Below are positions 25,674-38,267 of a DNA stretch of 64,000 nucleotides, piece after piece. Each line of letters begins with the position of its first letter. The first letter of the stretch is position 1. Location: contig JBNZDD010013683.1 in the NCBI GenBank assembly GCA_050575255.1, forward strand, positions 1,959,455-2,023,454, written 5' to 3'. The position numbers were made by a program, and so were the translations under genes. Under the pieces are notes generated by a model that saw only the letters and a program-made list of their open reading frames with translations, made no database searches and was not told the DNA's origin. This DNA comes from Harriotta raleighana. Its lineage: Eukaryota.

Positions 25674-25775
25674 AAACAAACACAGAAGTTGCTGGGGAAA
25701 CTCAGCAGGTTAGGCAGCATCCATGGAGAAAGGAAAGTGAGTCAACGCTTCGGGTCCACGACCCTTCGTCAGAAC
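25674..25775 (-). mobile_element. Penelope-like element terminus containing a minimal hammerhead motif
   Basis: Minus strand GTT-CTGACGA-A-GGGTC-GTG-GACCC-GAAG-CGTT-GAC followed by CTCCATGGATGCTGCCTAACCTGCTGAGTTTCCCCAGC. Confidence 0.72.
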
Positions 25776-27799
25776 AAAGTACTTACTAGGAATCTGAGGG
25801 CTGTGGATGACAAAGGAATCAGTCTGTAGTATGAGATACTGTACCAGTTTGAGCAGAAGAGATGGGACATGGAAGGAAGGGAAATAACCTCATGTGGTGT
25901 CAAAAGATAATTGCACACACTTTTCCTTTTCAACTTTAGTCTGTGTCGAGATCCTCTGCGATGAGCTAACATTTAGTTTTTATTATATAAGATTTAGAGC
26001 AATAAAACAGGGGCATAATTGCAAAACCTACATTCTCGAATATTGATCACTCCATTGAATGCCTCATGGCATTCTCCAATTGTGCACGAAAAATGCTATT
26101 TTGCCGGGGAATCAATACAAAATTAAAATGAGATCCAGCAAGATTGCTCGAGTTTAATCAGTTTTTCATTAAACGCTCAGTAATTTGCAATGGTTCTCGT
26201 GGCAGCAAGCTGCTTGCTGTTGCATCGGGGGTTGCAAAAGACTCACACTGGGTCTCCCATGAAGAAAGACATTAGCTGAAAGATGATTTGGGAGAGTGGG
26301 GGTTGAGAACAGTCGGTTACTGTCCTGGATGAGTGCACGTCAGGGGAAAGTTTCAGCAGCTGAACCTTGATTTTGGTTCTAATTTAAACAAAACAAAGTT
26401 GAGCTTCATTCTGAGACTCTATCTGAGATACTTTAATTTCTATCAGAAACGCACGCTCCAGCAAACACCGAGACCTTTGTAGCATTGTTTACGTACTGGG
26501 GTGGGATGGGGGGGGTGGGGGTGGGGGGGAGGGGAAACAAAGAAAGATCTCAGTCCTTCAAAACTTATACAATTCAGTTTGAATGCCTCTCTGCAGACGC
26601 CTAACTGCTTAACTTTGTATTTGGGAGACAGAAGATAAGGTGCCAGGATTGGGGGAATTCCAAGGTGTGGAACTTAATGCTGAGTATGAAAGAGTATCTG
26701 AGTTATTTTATTTCCAAAAATGGGAGCATTGTACAGATAAGATAACTGCCAGGAGTCAACGCTGTGAGGATATGTGAAACCCATCTAATACGAAGACTCT
26801 CCACTCTGATGGCATGGTACTAAATACTGTTTTAAATGAGTGTGTGCAGTCTATAGAGATCTGGTTACTTCCCTTGATGGATTGATTGAATTTTCTGTCT
26901 TGTCTGTGACGTTGGTTTATCCTCCTGTTTCAGGAGCTTCTGCCAGAACGGCTTTTTCAACATGAAATGAACTTGCATTGTTCTGAACATTTCTTCACTT
27001 CTCTATTTATATTTGTCGTTTAAAATAATCAAATCAAATCATTGATAAATATTTTGGATTTGTGAAAAAATATATATATATGTTCTATGGAAAATTGCTA
27101 GGAAGCAGTTCTGTACATCATAAAGGGTAGAGTTAGTTTATTCTTGAAAATTGTGCTCTCAGCTTTCCACCGAAGTGACATTGTCTAAAGTATTTTCAAT
27201 CACAATTTTTGCAGACACAAGGTTAAAATCTGGAAACACCGAACAATCTGTTTCAGATGCGTTTACAGATCTACCCTTGCCTATATATATAGTTGCTTAT
27301 AAACAACAACTCTAATACGGTTGACCTTAAGTGCCCTTCAATGAAAGAGCAATTATTTCATTGTTAAGAGAGTTCAGATAAGGCACTGTCATTAAACTTT
27401 AGTCCTTATGCCCTGAATAATTTCCAGGGCAAGGTCATGCCTGCATTTCCTAGTCATTTCCTCTGTTATAGCACTATGTGACTAGTTTTGACACCAGCAT
27501 CAAACTTGTATCCCTTTCAAAGTAGTTGTATTATCTGGCAAAAGAATATTGGAACATGAAAGCTTTTTTCTCATAATAGAATATCAGAAGCAAACAATGG
27601 AAATGAAGGTGGTCCCAAGTCAGTCTTTTGTCTGAAATTCCTTTTCACACATAAACATGAATGTCTTCTTCGCAGATCTGCCCAAGAACTGTTTCAAATT
27701 GGCAAATTTAATTCCACATTGTATGTCTTCAAAGTGTACTAACAGAGACATCTCTATATTGATATCCATGGAGCAATGCAGTGTTCATATTGGAAAGCG

Positions 27800-28071
27800 A
27801 ATAATAATAATCCTTGCATGTGATATAGGGCTTTATCGCACCTTAGAGACGTCTCAAAGCACTTCAGAGAATATGCTGTAAAGTGAATTGACTATTTTGA
27901 GGGTAAAATGCAGCAGCCAATCGCATACAGTAGTGTCCCATAAACAGTTGTGAGTTGAGTGGCAAAATATATTTTTTAAAAGGTTTTCAAAACTTTAATA
28001 AAAAATTTCATTGCCCTTGGAAAATGATACATCAGTTGACAAACAACCGGGTTCCTACTTCCTGCTAGGTA
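27800..28071 (-). mobile_element. SINE family A, 5' truncated
   Basis: Tail and body match; the tRNA head is missing. Confidence 0.85.
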
Positions 28072-29127
28072 AATTGTCACATCTCCATCCCCTGCCCTAT
28101 GTCATCCTGGGAAAGGAAGGATTTTGAGACGTAGGGAACTTGGTAAAACGGCATATCTTTAGTTCTAATGTAGCCAAAGCCCTGCACATTTTCTGGTTGT
28201 GAGACCTTCCTATTCCTTTTATCTTGCACTTCCCGACAGTCGGTGAGGAACTCTGCAGAGCAAAATTGTTTCAGGATTGAATCTTGTTTGCAGCAATGAT
28301 GGAGCATTACTGACCATTTGATTAAAAGGGAGAAAGCAACAAGTTCTGTTACAATCAGAATTCATTCCGGATCCTCACCTCTTGGCAAAGTGTACATTCT
28401 GTTTCAGGTCACGAGACACATTTGGGGTCTTCACCAGAGGGTGGATATTTATAAAGCCCAGCATGGCTGGCACCTGAGCTGGAATGGATGTTATTAAAAA
28501 GTGGGATTAAGAGCTTCAAAATGCACGCCGACAGGAAATCAAACGCGTTATCACTGAAAGCAATAGGCTTGATCTGTGGGGAGCATTCCTGTGTTGATCT
28601 GTGAAGAACATTCCTGTGCTCTTGAGGGCTAAACAAAAGAAAGTTCCTGTCAGATGTTTGTAATAAGCCCAATTCATTACAATTGTCCATTGACCCTTTT
28701 CTATCAATTTCTCCGCGCCTCCCCAACCTCTAACTATGTTGTCCCACATCCTCTACCCTTCTTTTGTTGAGATCAAAATTTCCTGTCTTTGTTTCCTCAA
28801 ACCTCAAGTTGTAGAACTTCTTTGCTCCGTGTCTTCCCTCCTACAAAACAATTTGAAGGCTTTTCAAATGGAAAACTGAAGTCTCTCAGAAATTAGTTTT
28901 TGGAGTAACCTCAATTCTCAGCTGCTATTTTGGATCCTGCCCTTGCACTGCTCTGTGGTCCTTCATATTTCACTTCAGTTCTGAATTTAAACAATTGTGG
29001 ACATACATGCATCTTGTCTTGTGGATTTCATTTCCCCAGCAAAACAGTACAACCGGGCAGTTTGGGTTCAGTGAGTGATCTCAGAAGTGAGTTTGAAAAA
29101 CAATCGTGAAACCATGGATTTTAAATA

Positions 29128-29592
29128 CAGGTAGACCCTACTTAACGTTGTAGTTTGGTTCTTGAAAAGCGTGAGTTTAGGCGAAACAATGTTAAGCGAA
29201 TACATTTTTCCCCTAAGAATGAATGTAAAAACTGGAGTCTGGTTCCTTTGGACATTTTTTGTCAAAAGTTTCTTTAAAAACAACCTTAATACTCGCTCCC
29301 TGACTGCCTGCCCAGCTCACTTACTCACTCACTCCCTGACTGCCTACCTGGCTCACTCACTTGCTGCCAGTCGCACTCACTCGCTGCCGGTCTCACTCGC
29401 TGCCGGCTGGCTCTCTCTCTCGCTGCGGGCCTGGCTCACTCCCATGTCCTAGCCCCGTCGTGCCCCCTTTCCACCCATGCGAACAATGTAATAGCGAACA
29501 TTGCAACCTTAAATGAATATATGTTCCCAATGTATCAGCAACGTAATAACTAAATAACATTAAGTGTGGCAACGTTAAGCGGAGTCTACCTG
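29128..29592. mobile_element. Tigger/pogo-like (Tc1/mariner) MITE
   Basis: TIRs CAGGTAGACCCTACTTAACGTTG and CAACGTTAAGCGGAGTCTACCTG, flanked by TA on both sides (29126-29127, 29593-29594). Confidence 0.88.
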
Positions 29593-30347
29593 TAAAAGTA
29601 ATCCCAGAAAGACATAAAGTGAGTTTTTTAATATACATTACTTTCTGATTTAGACTAAATGGAAGTCAAGGGAATGGATTGGAGTCTCATTTTAAGGTTG
29701 AGGAATAGAAATAGGATGTGTAAGAGATGAATGGAATCCGCCTCCCTTCAGCCCAATGTTTCATTTCTGAGCAATCCTAATGATGTTGAAATATTTGTTT
29801 GCTTCGAAGGATTTCCAGCTGATAATTTGTGAGAGGTTTTTCTTTCCTTTGAACTCCCTGTCAGGTTATGATACCAAATTAAAAATAGAAAGCATTTGGA
29901 AATTGTCCGCGCTCATCTGATTTCTGCTCATGGCTGCACGAAGAGGCTTTGTGGCAATCCTTTTAAACAGTGTCCGACTGCTTTTATCAAGGCTAATTAA
30001 TCCAATTATAGCAAACTCCAATATAGCGACTGTGAAAGGAACTGGGATTTAAAAGACTGCTCTGAAAGCTGATATACACTGTTTGATCTAAGGCAGTGGG
30101 AGAGCGAACAATTATTTATTTCTCAAAATAAAGGACATTCAGATGCTGTGTTGGTTGAAATTAAACTTCAAGTTAAAATGGACAAATTTTTACAGATACA
30201 TTGAAATTTGTTACCTTTCTTTTGTGTAGGATTTGGGTTGATAAATTGAGACACTATATTTACCTAGCCTACCATTCACTGGTGAAAAAACACAGTTCTA
30301 AACCTAGCATGACTATCAGCTAGAGTTAGTATTACTAACCAGAGATT

Positions 30348-30662
30348 TAATAATAATAATCCTTGTATTTGACATAGTGCTTTTCATGTCTTCTAAACAT
30401 CTCAAAGTGCTTCACAGAATATATTGTAAAGTGATTTGATTGTATATTTGTGGGTGAAACGCGGCAGCCAATTGCGCACAGCAGTGTCCCACAAACGGTT
30501 GGGGATTTGAATGAACAATTTATTATTGGTTTATTTGAGCGATTATTATTAGGCGTGCAGAGTAAGAAAACTTGCCCAAGCTTTCTCCCTGACCTGCCTG
30601 GAATTGAACCCAGGATTCTCGCTTGTACGGCAAGTGTTCTAACCACTGAGCTACGGGACTCC
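30348..30662 (-). mobile_element. SINE family A, full length
   Basis: (AAT)n CCTTGTATTTGAC... through ...CTAACCACTGAGCTACGGGACTCC. Confidence 0.9.
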
Positions 30663-32484
30663 ACTCCATTTATTTAACTCAATAAATGCTACAAACTGGG
30701 TTAAATGGATACCAATTGTAATAAAGGATTGTTTTATTCTCTTCTGCACCAACATAATCAGTGAGAAAAGGTCATAAAGTCTTATTGATGTCCACAGGCC
30801 TTTGGTGGGTTTGAAGGTTTTCAGATCTGTATCTGGCACAATTTAGGGGGGGTAAACTGACTTTTTGTGATGTATTTATTATCTGCTGTGGACTTTTCAT
30901 GATTGAGTGTGCAAATGGAAACAGGCTCGTACCCTGTTGGGTCTTCCACTTTGTTTCTTTGAGAAATTGTACGTTGAATTTCATTTAAACCTTAATTCCT
31001 TCCATCAAACTGGCCAATACCAATCCCTGAATCAGGAATTAACTCAATAACTAAATTCATTAACCACAACAGTTCTTCCTGCTTTCAGATCTGGTTTGTT
31101 CACTTGTATTGATTTGCTTTTCAACATGAGAGCACACCTGAGATAATGTACAAGTTATTTTGTTTGAGAAGCTAAAAGGACATGTTATTCCGGCAAGTTA
31201 AAATAAATTACAGATTAAAGGAGAACAATTTTCAAAAAAAAGCTTTATTGCAAATGCTTGGCAAAGTTTTATTTTGATCAGATATATTTTTTTCGCTATA
31301 TACGTGTAAAGTATGTCTTTATGGAGGAGTAGTAGATTCAAACCAGAATAATTAGTGTGCATTTCACTGAAAAAGGAATTAATAAAAGGGAAGTCTTTCC
31401 GCAATCTTAAACACTGTATGTGTGTCTCTGTACCTGATCTGGCATGTCAGATTCATGAAACTCTAGGCAATGATTTCCATTTCAGCCTTCATATCCTTCC
31501 GTCCCTGTGTTCTGTAGGCAAATCTATTCTGAATTCTATCTGTACTGAATTGGGAGCATTGACCATACATTTCTCAGTTAGTTTAAACTGGATTTATGAA
31601 AGTGACCTGAAGTTGACAAGGTCATTTCCTTTGAATGAATAGTCGGATCTTAAATGTATTATTTGCAGCAGGTTGCATCGTTATCTTGATACAAGATTGA
31701 TTTTGCAAGGGGGCATTGCAGGCAAATACCTTTGGAATTACGAAATGCCTTCATTAACTTCCCTCCCACAATCTTTTCTGGAAGTGGGAATGAGTCACAG
31801 AAAAGCTAAGATAAATGTCCCTGAACATTGATAAAACATTTTTTTTTATCATTCATTCATGGGCTCTTAACGAGCGAAAGGTGCCAAAGAAGTGGGATGA
31901 GTATGGTTCAGAGTACAAGTTCTAACCACCTTGACTGAAAGGGAGTGCGTCACAGGTTTGGAATTGGTGCAGATTTTCAATGCCATAATTGCAGATTTGA
32001 ACCGATAATATTTTTAAGAGCCTTGTATTGTAGCGTCTCAAACGCTTCTTCCAGTGGGTTCCTTTTGAAGTGCAATGGTTGTCAGGTCGACAAACATCAC
32101 ACTTACCCAATGCCAGAAATATCCCACAAGCAGCAATAAAATGATTCCCCCTGAAGTGTCAATCTGGATTATGATATGTCTCAGTGTGAGCTACGAAGCA
32201 ACAATATTCTGCCTCACCATGTTCTGACTCCGAAGCCAGGGTGCAACCAGCCAAAATAAACAAGTAGAAAACCACAGCAAAAAAAACACAACACGTGAGA
32301 GGGATAGAATGTGTTGATGTATCTGATGAAGTGTATTCCTGCTTTGCTTTTCGGCATTTGCTATTCAATCGAGCCAAATTTGTGCCTGATATATTTTCTT
32401 GATATTTCTGGTTTACAGTAAGTGTTGCAGCTGAACTGTCATTGTGCTGTCCATGTTTTTCACTGTTTCCTCTCTGTGTTGCAG

Positions 32485-32601
32485 TGCTCCCTACCTGTTC
32501 CTCTCTGGAGTTCCACTGCGACAATGGCAAATGCATCCGACGGTCCTGGGTGTGTGATGGTGACAACGACTGTGGAGATGATTCAGATGAACAAGATTGT
32601 C
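32485..32601 (+). CDS. LRP4: LRP4 exon 3, LDLa repeat 2
   Basis: gttgcag|TG...TGTC|gtaagt; 117 nt; (M)[38 protein letters not shown]. Confidence 0.96.
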
Positions 32602-32615
32602 GTAAGTAATTGCTT

Positions 32616-32643
32616 GTGTGTGTATATGTGTGTGTGTGTGTGT
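32616..32643. repeat. (TG)n microsatellite just downstream of the exon 3 donor
   Basis: Directly visible, interrupted by TATA. Confidence 0.85.
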
Positions 32644-33667
32644 ATTTGGGAGCGAGTGATGTGATATATGGCATGGTGGGATATGTCTGGTCTTTACTTA
32701 AAAAACACAACAAAATCCCAATTCTGAACTGTGTTCTTCAGTCCAATGTCACACTGATTTCTTCATAATTTCTTTACATCTCCATGGTACTGTCCAACTG
32801 AAGTTGAATTTCTCCAGCTGAGGCTTCAGCGGCAATCTACCTATACACTCGTCGGGTCTGCGAGGTAGTGCATTTTTTTCAAGTAGAAGCCTGTTTGGTT
32901 AAGGCTCTACCGAGTTTCTGCTCGTGCAGGAAATGTGGAATATCATGGAATTTGCATACATGATGATATCTATAGATGCGTTGACCTCATCGAATGCAAA
33001 CCAACATTGACGGGAGTGGAAATTCTTGCTCCTAAGATTTTTGCTCAGTGTCACATTCCCCCTGGGCACTGGTTTGCCTTCTCAAACCAGCAAATCTTCT
33101 ACGTTTCTGAGTTTTCGGAATGAGTGTGGATCTGTGTCGGAAGTGAATTAATGCCTTGCTCCTACTCCTGGCCAACCTCAGTGTGTGCAACAGCTTGTGG
33201 TTTGCTTGCCAACCTTTTTTTTAAGTAGCAGGAGGTTAAAGTAAGGTTGTAAATATAAATTCAAAATGAATAAATGACGCAGACCCAGCTCTGCACTGTT
33301 TGTTAATAAATGTTCAGCAGAGATAAGAAAGTTCAGGTTAGTGAATGATTTATTCATTGAACACAATGTCTCATTCATACATTCCTGCCTTCAGTCATAG
33401 GCCAATCTGATTTCAGTTAGTTGTTATTGTGCTCTATCTATGTTGTGTGTTCTGTTTGTTGTATTCTCTGTTCCACAGAAAAGGGAAATGTGACTAAGTA
33501 TCAGAATTTGGATGATCTGCAAACAGAAAATATTAATCTTCTAAAAAGTACCTTTTCTTTGCCAAATACAAATATCACTTTCATATTTTAATAAACCAAT
33601 TTCACATGCGATTTTCCCCTCCAACACTATCATCTCACCGTCCGCTTTCCCTTGGCTTTGTCACTAC

Positions 33668-33781
33668 AATAAATAATAATAATTCTTGCATTTGATATCA
33701 CGGCTTTTCACGTCTTCTAGACGTCTCAAAGCGCTTCACAGAATATACCTTAAAGTGAATTGATTGTATATTTATGGGCGA
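33668..33781 (-). mobile_element. SINE family A, 3' fragment
   Basis: Tail motif match. Confidence 0.85.
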
Positions 33782-34698
33782 GACTCTGGCTATTAGGCAT
33801 ATACTGAATGAAGTGCAGTGCTGCATGCCTCAGACGCAAAGTCTGTGGGGTCACAGATGATGAGCATATTGTGGCTTATCCTAGACATGTTAAGTTGGAC
33901 ATCGCCATTTTGTCATTGGTGCTATTTCAACGCCAGTCATACTTGAAGCTGAGTTGTTTTTCCTTTGCCCAGAGTGATTGTTTTCCAGCTTGTACACACC
34001 CCGTACTCTTCATTCCATTTACCAGTAGCCAGTTGTTCCGTCTTAGTCATACTTTCCCTCATTCATCTAATACCCATTATGGCCCAAACATATTCCTTTT
34101 CTCCCCCCATCTTCTACAACAACAATAACATTACAATTGTACAGAGCCTTTCACGTTGGGAGGATGTCTCAAGGAGTTGTCCAAATCTCTATTTCCTACC
34201 CAATCTATCTCCGGCCTAACGTTCCCTGTCTTCCTCCGGTTTGTTACTCCTTCACTAAAAATGTGCTGCCTCAACTTTATCCTGGTTAATAGAGACAGAC
34301 CACAAATTACATAATTATGCATTACTGATTCCCTGCTACTTTGGTTTGCAGTACTATATATATTTTCAGCCCTTGTTGAGCAAAACTGTAACTAAGTGTT
34401 CCTCAATTGCTATAAAACTGCAGAGTACTCTTACAATGTACTATTGCATTATTTTGTTTCCCAAAAATACAACCTTTAGCCCCTGATTAAGCATCCTATG
34501 CTTCTGTTTAACTGTGCGTACTGGGGGTTTGATGGTTAATGGTTGTTGTCTAATATAATAATTCTGATTGCACGCCCACAAGCGAACCAGACCAGACGCT
34601 CTCACAATCAATGGATGTAGGTTTACATTACAGCACAACAACAAAAAAACATTGACATGAACCACTATCTCCATCATCATGTGGAACAGCATAAAAAG

Positions 34699-34850
34699 AA
34701 TAATCCTTGCATCTAATTTAGCATTTATACATGTCAGCGACACGTCTCAAAATACTTCATAGGATTTACTGTAGCGACTACGTGTTTTATAGGTGAACAA
34801 GGCAGTCAATTTCCACACAGCAGTGTCCCACAAACAGCCATGAAGTGAAT
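34699..34850 (-). mobile_element. SINE family A, 3' fragment
   Basis: AATAATCCTTGCAT...CACAGCAGTGTCCCACAAACAG. Confidence 0.78.
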
Positions 34851-35847
34851 AAGTAATAAATGGTGGGAGACTACTCTTCCAAACAGTGAACATGCAGAAT
34901 TCCTTGAACATAACTGTATTCTTAACCTACAAGACACCGTCACTTACACGAAGGGCTTCTGTTTGAAGTTGCAACCTTAGCCTGATATTTAACAAGATTC
35001 CTCGGCAGATGGCCTTAGCATACAGGCCTAATTCCCATGTAGGTTGCACAGCATTTCCCCTCACATTAAACTGCAGCTAGTTAGTGATAATCTACTGTTC
35101 AATCTGAAAATATAAAGCTAAAATCAAACGACACAAAAGTTAGCCAGTTTGTCTCCATGCGTCTCACTTTCATGTGAACAACAAAGGCCCCTTTGCACAA
35201 GATGTTTTTCTCCACAATTTCAATTCAGGTTCGTCTGAGATGCACAGAAGTTGCAAAGTCGGGACTCAGACCTGCATTTTACTCTGAACAGGAAACGTTG
35301 ATCCACATGTTTAACAATAAGTCACAGCCATTTTTAATCATAAATCTCCCATCAAAAGCTCCTCTGAAGTTCGCAGTTCTGAGTCGCTCCAGTGCGAGTG
35401 CTTTAGTCGCTTGCTGCAGAGGAAATCCATCACTGACACTCAGTTATTCAGCAGTCACTCAGCTCCCGACTCACTCTGCTACTTAGTAACCAGAAAGCCT
35501 TTGTGAGCAGTTCCTTGTTGTGTTAGCGTTGCCCACCCACTGGGCCATTGGTTAGTTGCTGTGCAATTGTGACAGTTCCAAATGAAGAGCAGGGGGTGTA
35601 GTGAGCTCCACCATCTCAGTGGGGGCCTTAGTGTTTGGAGGGGCAATGAACCAGCGTCTCCCCAAATAGAGGAAATACCATTCACTTCACTGGAATGAAA
35701 GATCTTATGAGGAATATAACACTGTGACAACAAAAGCTCAGTGTAAAGAATGCTACCCAGCGCACGTTGATGTGGCGCGTCCATGAATGATACTCCCATT
35801 CTTCATGTTTGCAATGGAATGGTCAAGTTTAGGCGATTTAAAAAAAA

Positions 35848-35873
35848 TATATACATATATATATATATATATA
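35848..35873. repeat. (TA)n microsatellite
   Basis: Directly visible. Confidence 0.85.
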
Positions 35874-36631
35874 ACAAAAAAACAGGGCACAGCCTGCAGA
35901 CTGAACAGTAGGATAGAGAAGATCAACATCTCAGCACATGCCTTTGATTATGGCATCGCTATGGAGAATAACATAAACTCCATTATTTATTAGGCCGTGC
36001 AGGTTTTTGGAGGGAGATATAAAGATTTGTGATAAAGATGATAAGTTGGATTTATTGCTTGATAGCTCGCTTGATTCTTTTATCAATAGCTGAGGCAACA
36101 ACAGTTTAATTTAGATGCACTAGCTTAGTTTATAAGTAGGTATTCTGACCTGCACGCAGACGTGTGATCACTGTACCCTATCGGGAGAAATTTGTCAGTT
36201 TCACAGAAGACAAACAATGGTGTTGCAGTGTGAATTTTGGAACGATTGGCTAGTATAGAAGTTAGGGGAATAATAAGTATTCCTTTGGGTAGAATTACCA
36301 TTCATTAACTTGGCATTTTTTTTGTCTGGAGCAGAGTTGAAAGAATTCTGCTTTCTGCATCACCTTTGGGAACCCAACGAGTTTTGGTAATTTTTTTTAA
36401 AAAAAAGTGCTTTGTCAATGAGGAATTCGCCATTAATGTGTGTTGTGTTTCAATGAAGCATTGCAGTTCGCCGTAGTTGAGAGATGCAGTGATGCACACA
36501 CCTATGTACAGTGTAGCAGTATTATTGCATCTACCTTAGGCTTTCGGTTTTGAATCATTCGCATTTGTTAATCCAAACGAACAAAGACTGCAAAAGAAGC
36601 ATTGCCAACTTCTTCTTTATGGTTCTTCAGT

Positions 36632-37395
36632 TGGTTTATAGTGCGTCTCCTATGTTCTATATTGTTCTATATTCTAGGTTGTGAAAATGAGACCCGGAAT
36701 ATTGGAAACCCGGGGTATTATTACTGGATATTGTAAAGAAGCATTGCAGGGTAACAGTGGAAGATGAAAATTACAAGTGTGCGAGACTTCAAAAAGTCTA
36801 CCCTGTTTGACTGCAAACAAAACTCATCACCTGTTGTAGTGGTGGCCATTTTCACCCAAGCTTTCGCTTTGCATTCCAGCACCTCGCGAGTGTGAGGAAG
36901 ACGAGTTTCATTGCCAGAACGGCTACTGTATCCGGAGTTTGTGGCACTGTGATGGTGACAACGACTGTGGAGACAACAGTGATGAACAGTGTGGTGAGTC
37001 TTGCGAAGTAACCCATATTGCGCTGATAGTTACACCAGGTTTTGAGGCAACTCTCAATGTACCATGCCATTTGTTTTACCCTTGTGTCCCTCAAATGAAT
37101 GTGAATTGGGCCCAGCTTTTAAAAGGAAGATGATTTATTTGGCCCCAATTAGTTGGGAAGAACTGATGGACTTTAGATTACGCTATCCCAACTTTTCAAA
37201 CGTTGAATTTGGAAGCAAAACCTTTCAGAATCTCAATGGTCTTTGAAAACTTCACCACAACAAGATTTGCCAGCTGCTCTAGATGACTTGTCTCATGGTT
37301 TATAGTGCGTCTCCGGATGTTCTGTATTAGTCTAGGTTTTGAAAATGAGACCTGGAATATTGGAACCCCGGGGTATTATTACTGGACATTGTAAA
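36632..37395. repeat. ~100-bp diverged direct repeats (36632-36737, 37296-37395) flanking exon 4
   Basis: TGGTTTATAGTGCGTCTCC...GAAAATGAGACC.GGAATATTGGAA.CCCGGGGTATTATTACTGGA.ATTGTAAA in both copies; no N between them. Confidence 0.9.
36880..36993 (+). CDS. LRP4: LRP4 exon 4, LDLa repeat 3
   Basis: attccag|CA...TGTG|gtgagt; 114 nt; (P)[37 protein letters not shown]. Confidence 0.96.
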
Positions 37396-38150
37396 CTGTA
37401 ATACACGGCAGAGAACTGATAAAGTGTAAGAGACATGTGAGAGACATCTGGTGGCTATAAAATGGTACCACACACGTTCTTAAATCAAATTATTCTCAGA
37501 CCCGATCACCGAATGCTGCGTTTACAATATTTAACACCTGTGCAAATCTAAACCATTGCAAAACAATCAATCATTGCAACATAGAGCAATACATGCTGCT
37601 GCTTTTCAAACTTTGCTACCAAGTATTCAAGAGCCACTGTACCAAAAGGAGCACTTCTCATTTTTATTTTCTTCCCATGAGCTTCCTAGGTTTATTTTGT
37701 AAACTCTCTGCTTCCAAATCTCTGCCAATACTGGCCTGAGCCAGATAACAGAGAGTGCGCAAAGACTCATTCTCTCCTTTTCTTTACTCTCTTACATGAA
37801 ACAGCCTTGCGTCAACTCAGCACCTTCCCACAGTGGCACTGTCAAGTTTAGGAATTCAACACTGTAGGGGAGCAAAGATGCCTCCCATCATTATATATCA
37901 TTATACATCAGTCATTTCCCCCTCTGCCACACTCTGGGGCCAATGGCTTGTGTATGGCAGGCCATTAACTGAATGAACCATAAAGTAAAGGGACATTTTC
38001 TTGGCCGTTCATAGAATCCTCCCAATTTGAGTTTGAAAATCCTTGCTGTTTTGTTGTTCAGGTACTCATTCATAAACCAGAACTGGTCTCTTAGCAGACA
38101 TTTCGTAGAACGCTATGAAATGTGCTAATATTGCCTTTTGCTTATGACAG

Positions 38151-38267
38151 ACATGCGGAAATGTTCCGACAAAGAGTTTCGGTGTAATGATGGCAGCTGC
38201 ATTGCAGAGCACTGGTACTGTGATGGAGACACAGATTGCAAAGATGGATCTGATGAAGAAGGCTGTC
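38151..38267 (+). CDS. LRP4: LRP4 exon 5, LDLa repeat 4
   Basis: atgacag|AC...TGTC|gtaagt; 117 nt; (D)[38 protein letters not shown]. Confidence 0.96.

Noticed and set aside
26933-26975. Acceptor followed by TTCTGCCAGAACGGCTTT, resembling exon 4 (CQNG)
   Set aside because: Only ~13 nt match, wrong phase for splicing from exon 2, and a stop follows quickly; likely chance.
32159-32713. 184-aa minus-strand ORF, and similar antisense ORFs over exons 8, 14 and 17
   Set aside because: Shadow frames of LRP4 exons and microsatellites, with no independent coding signal.
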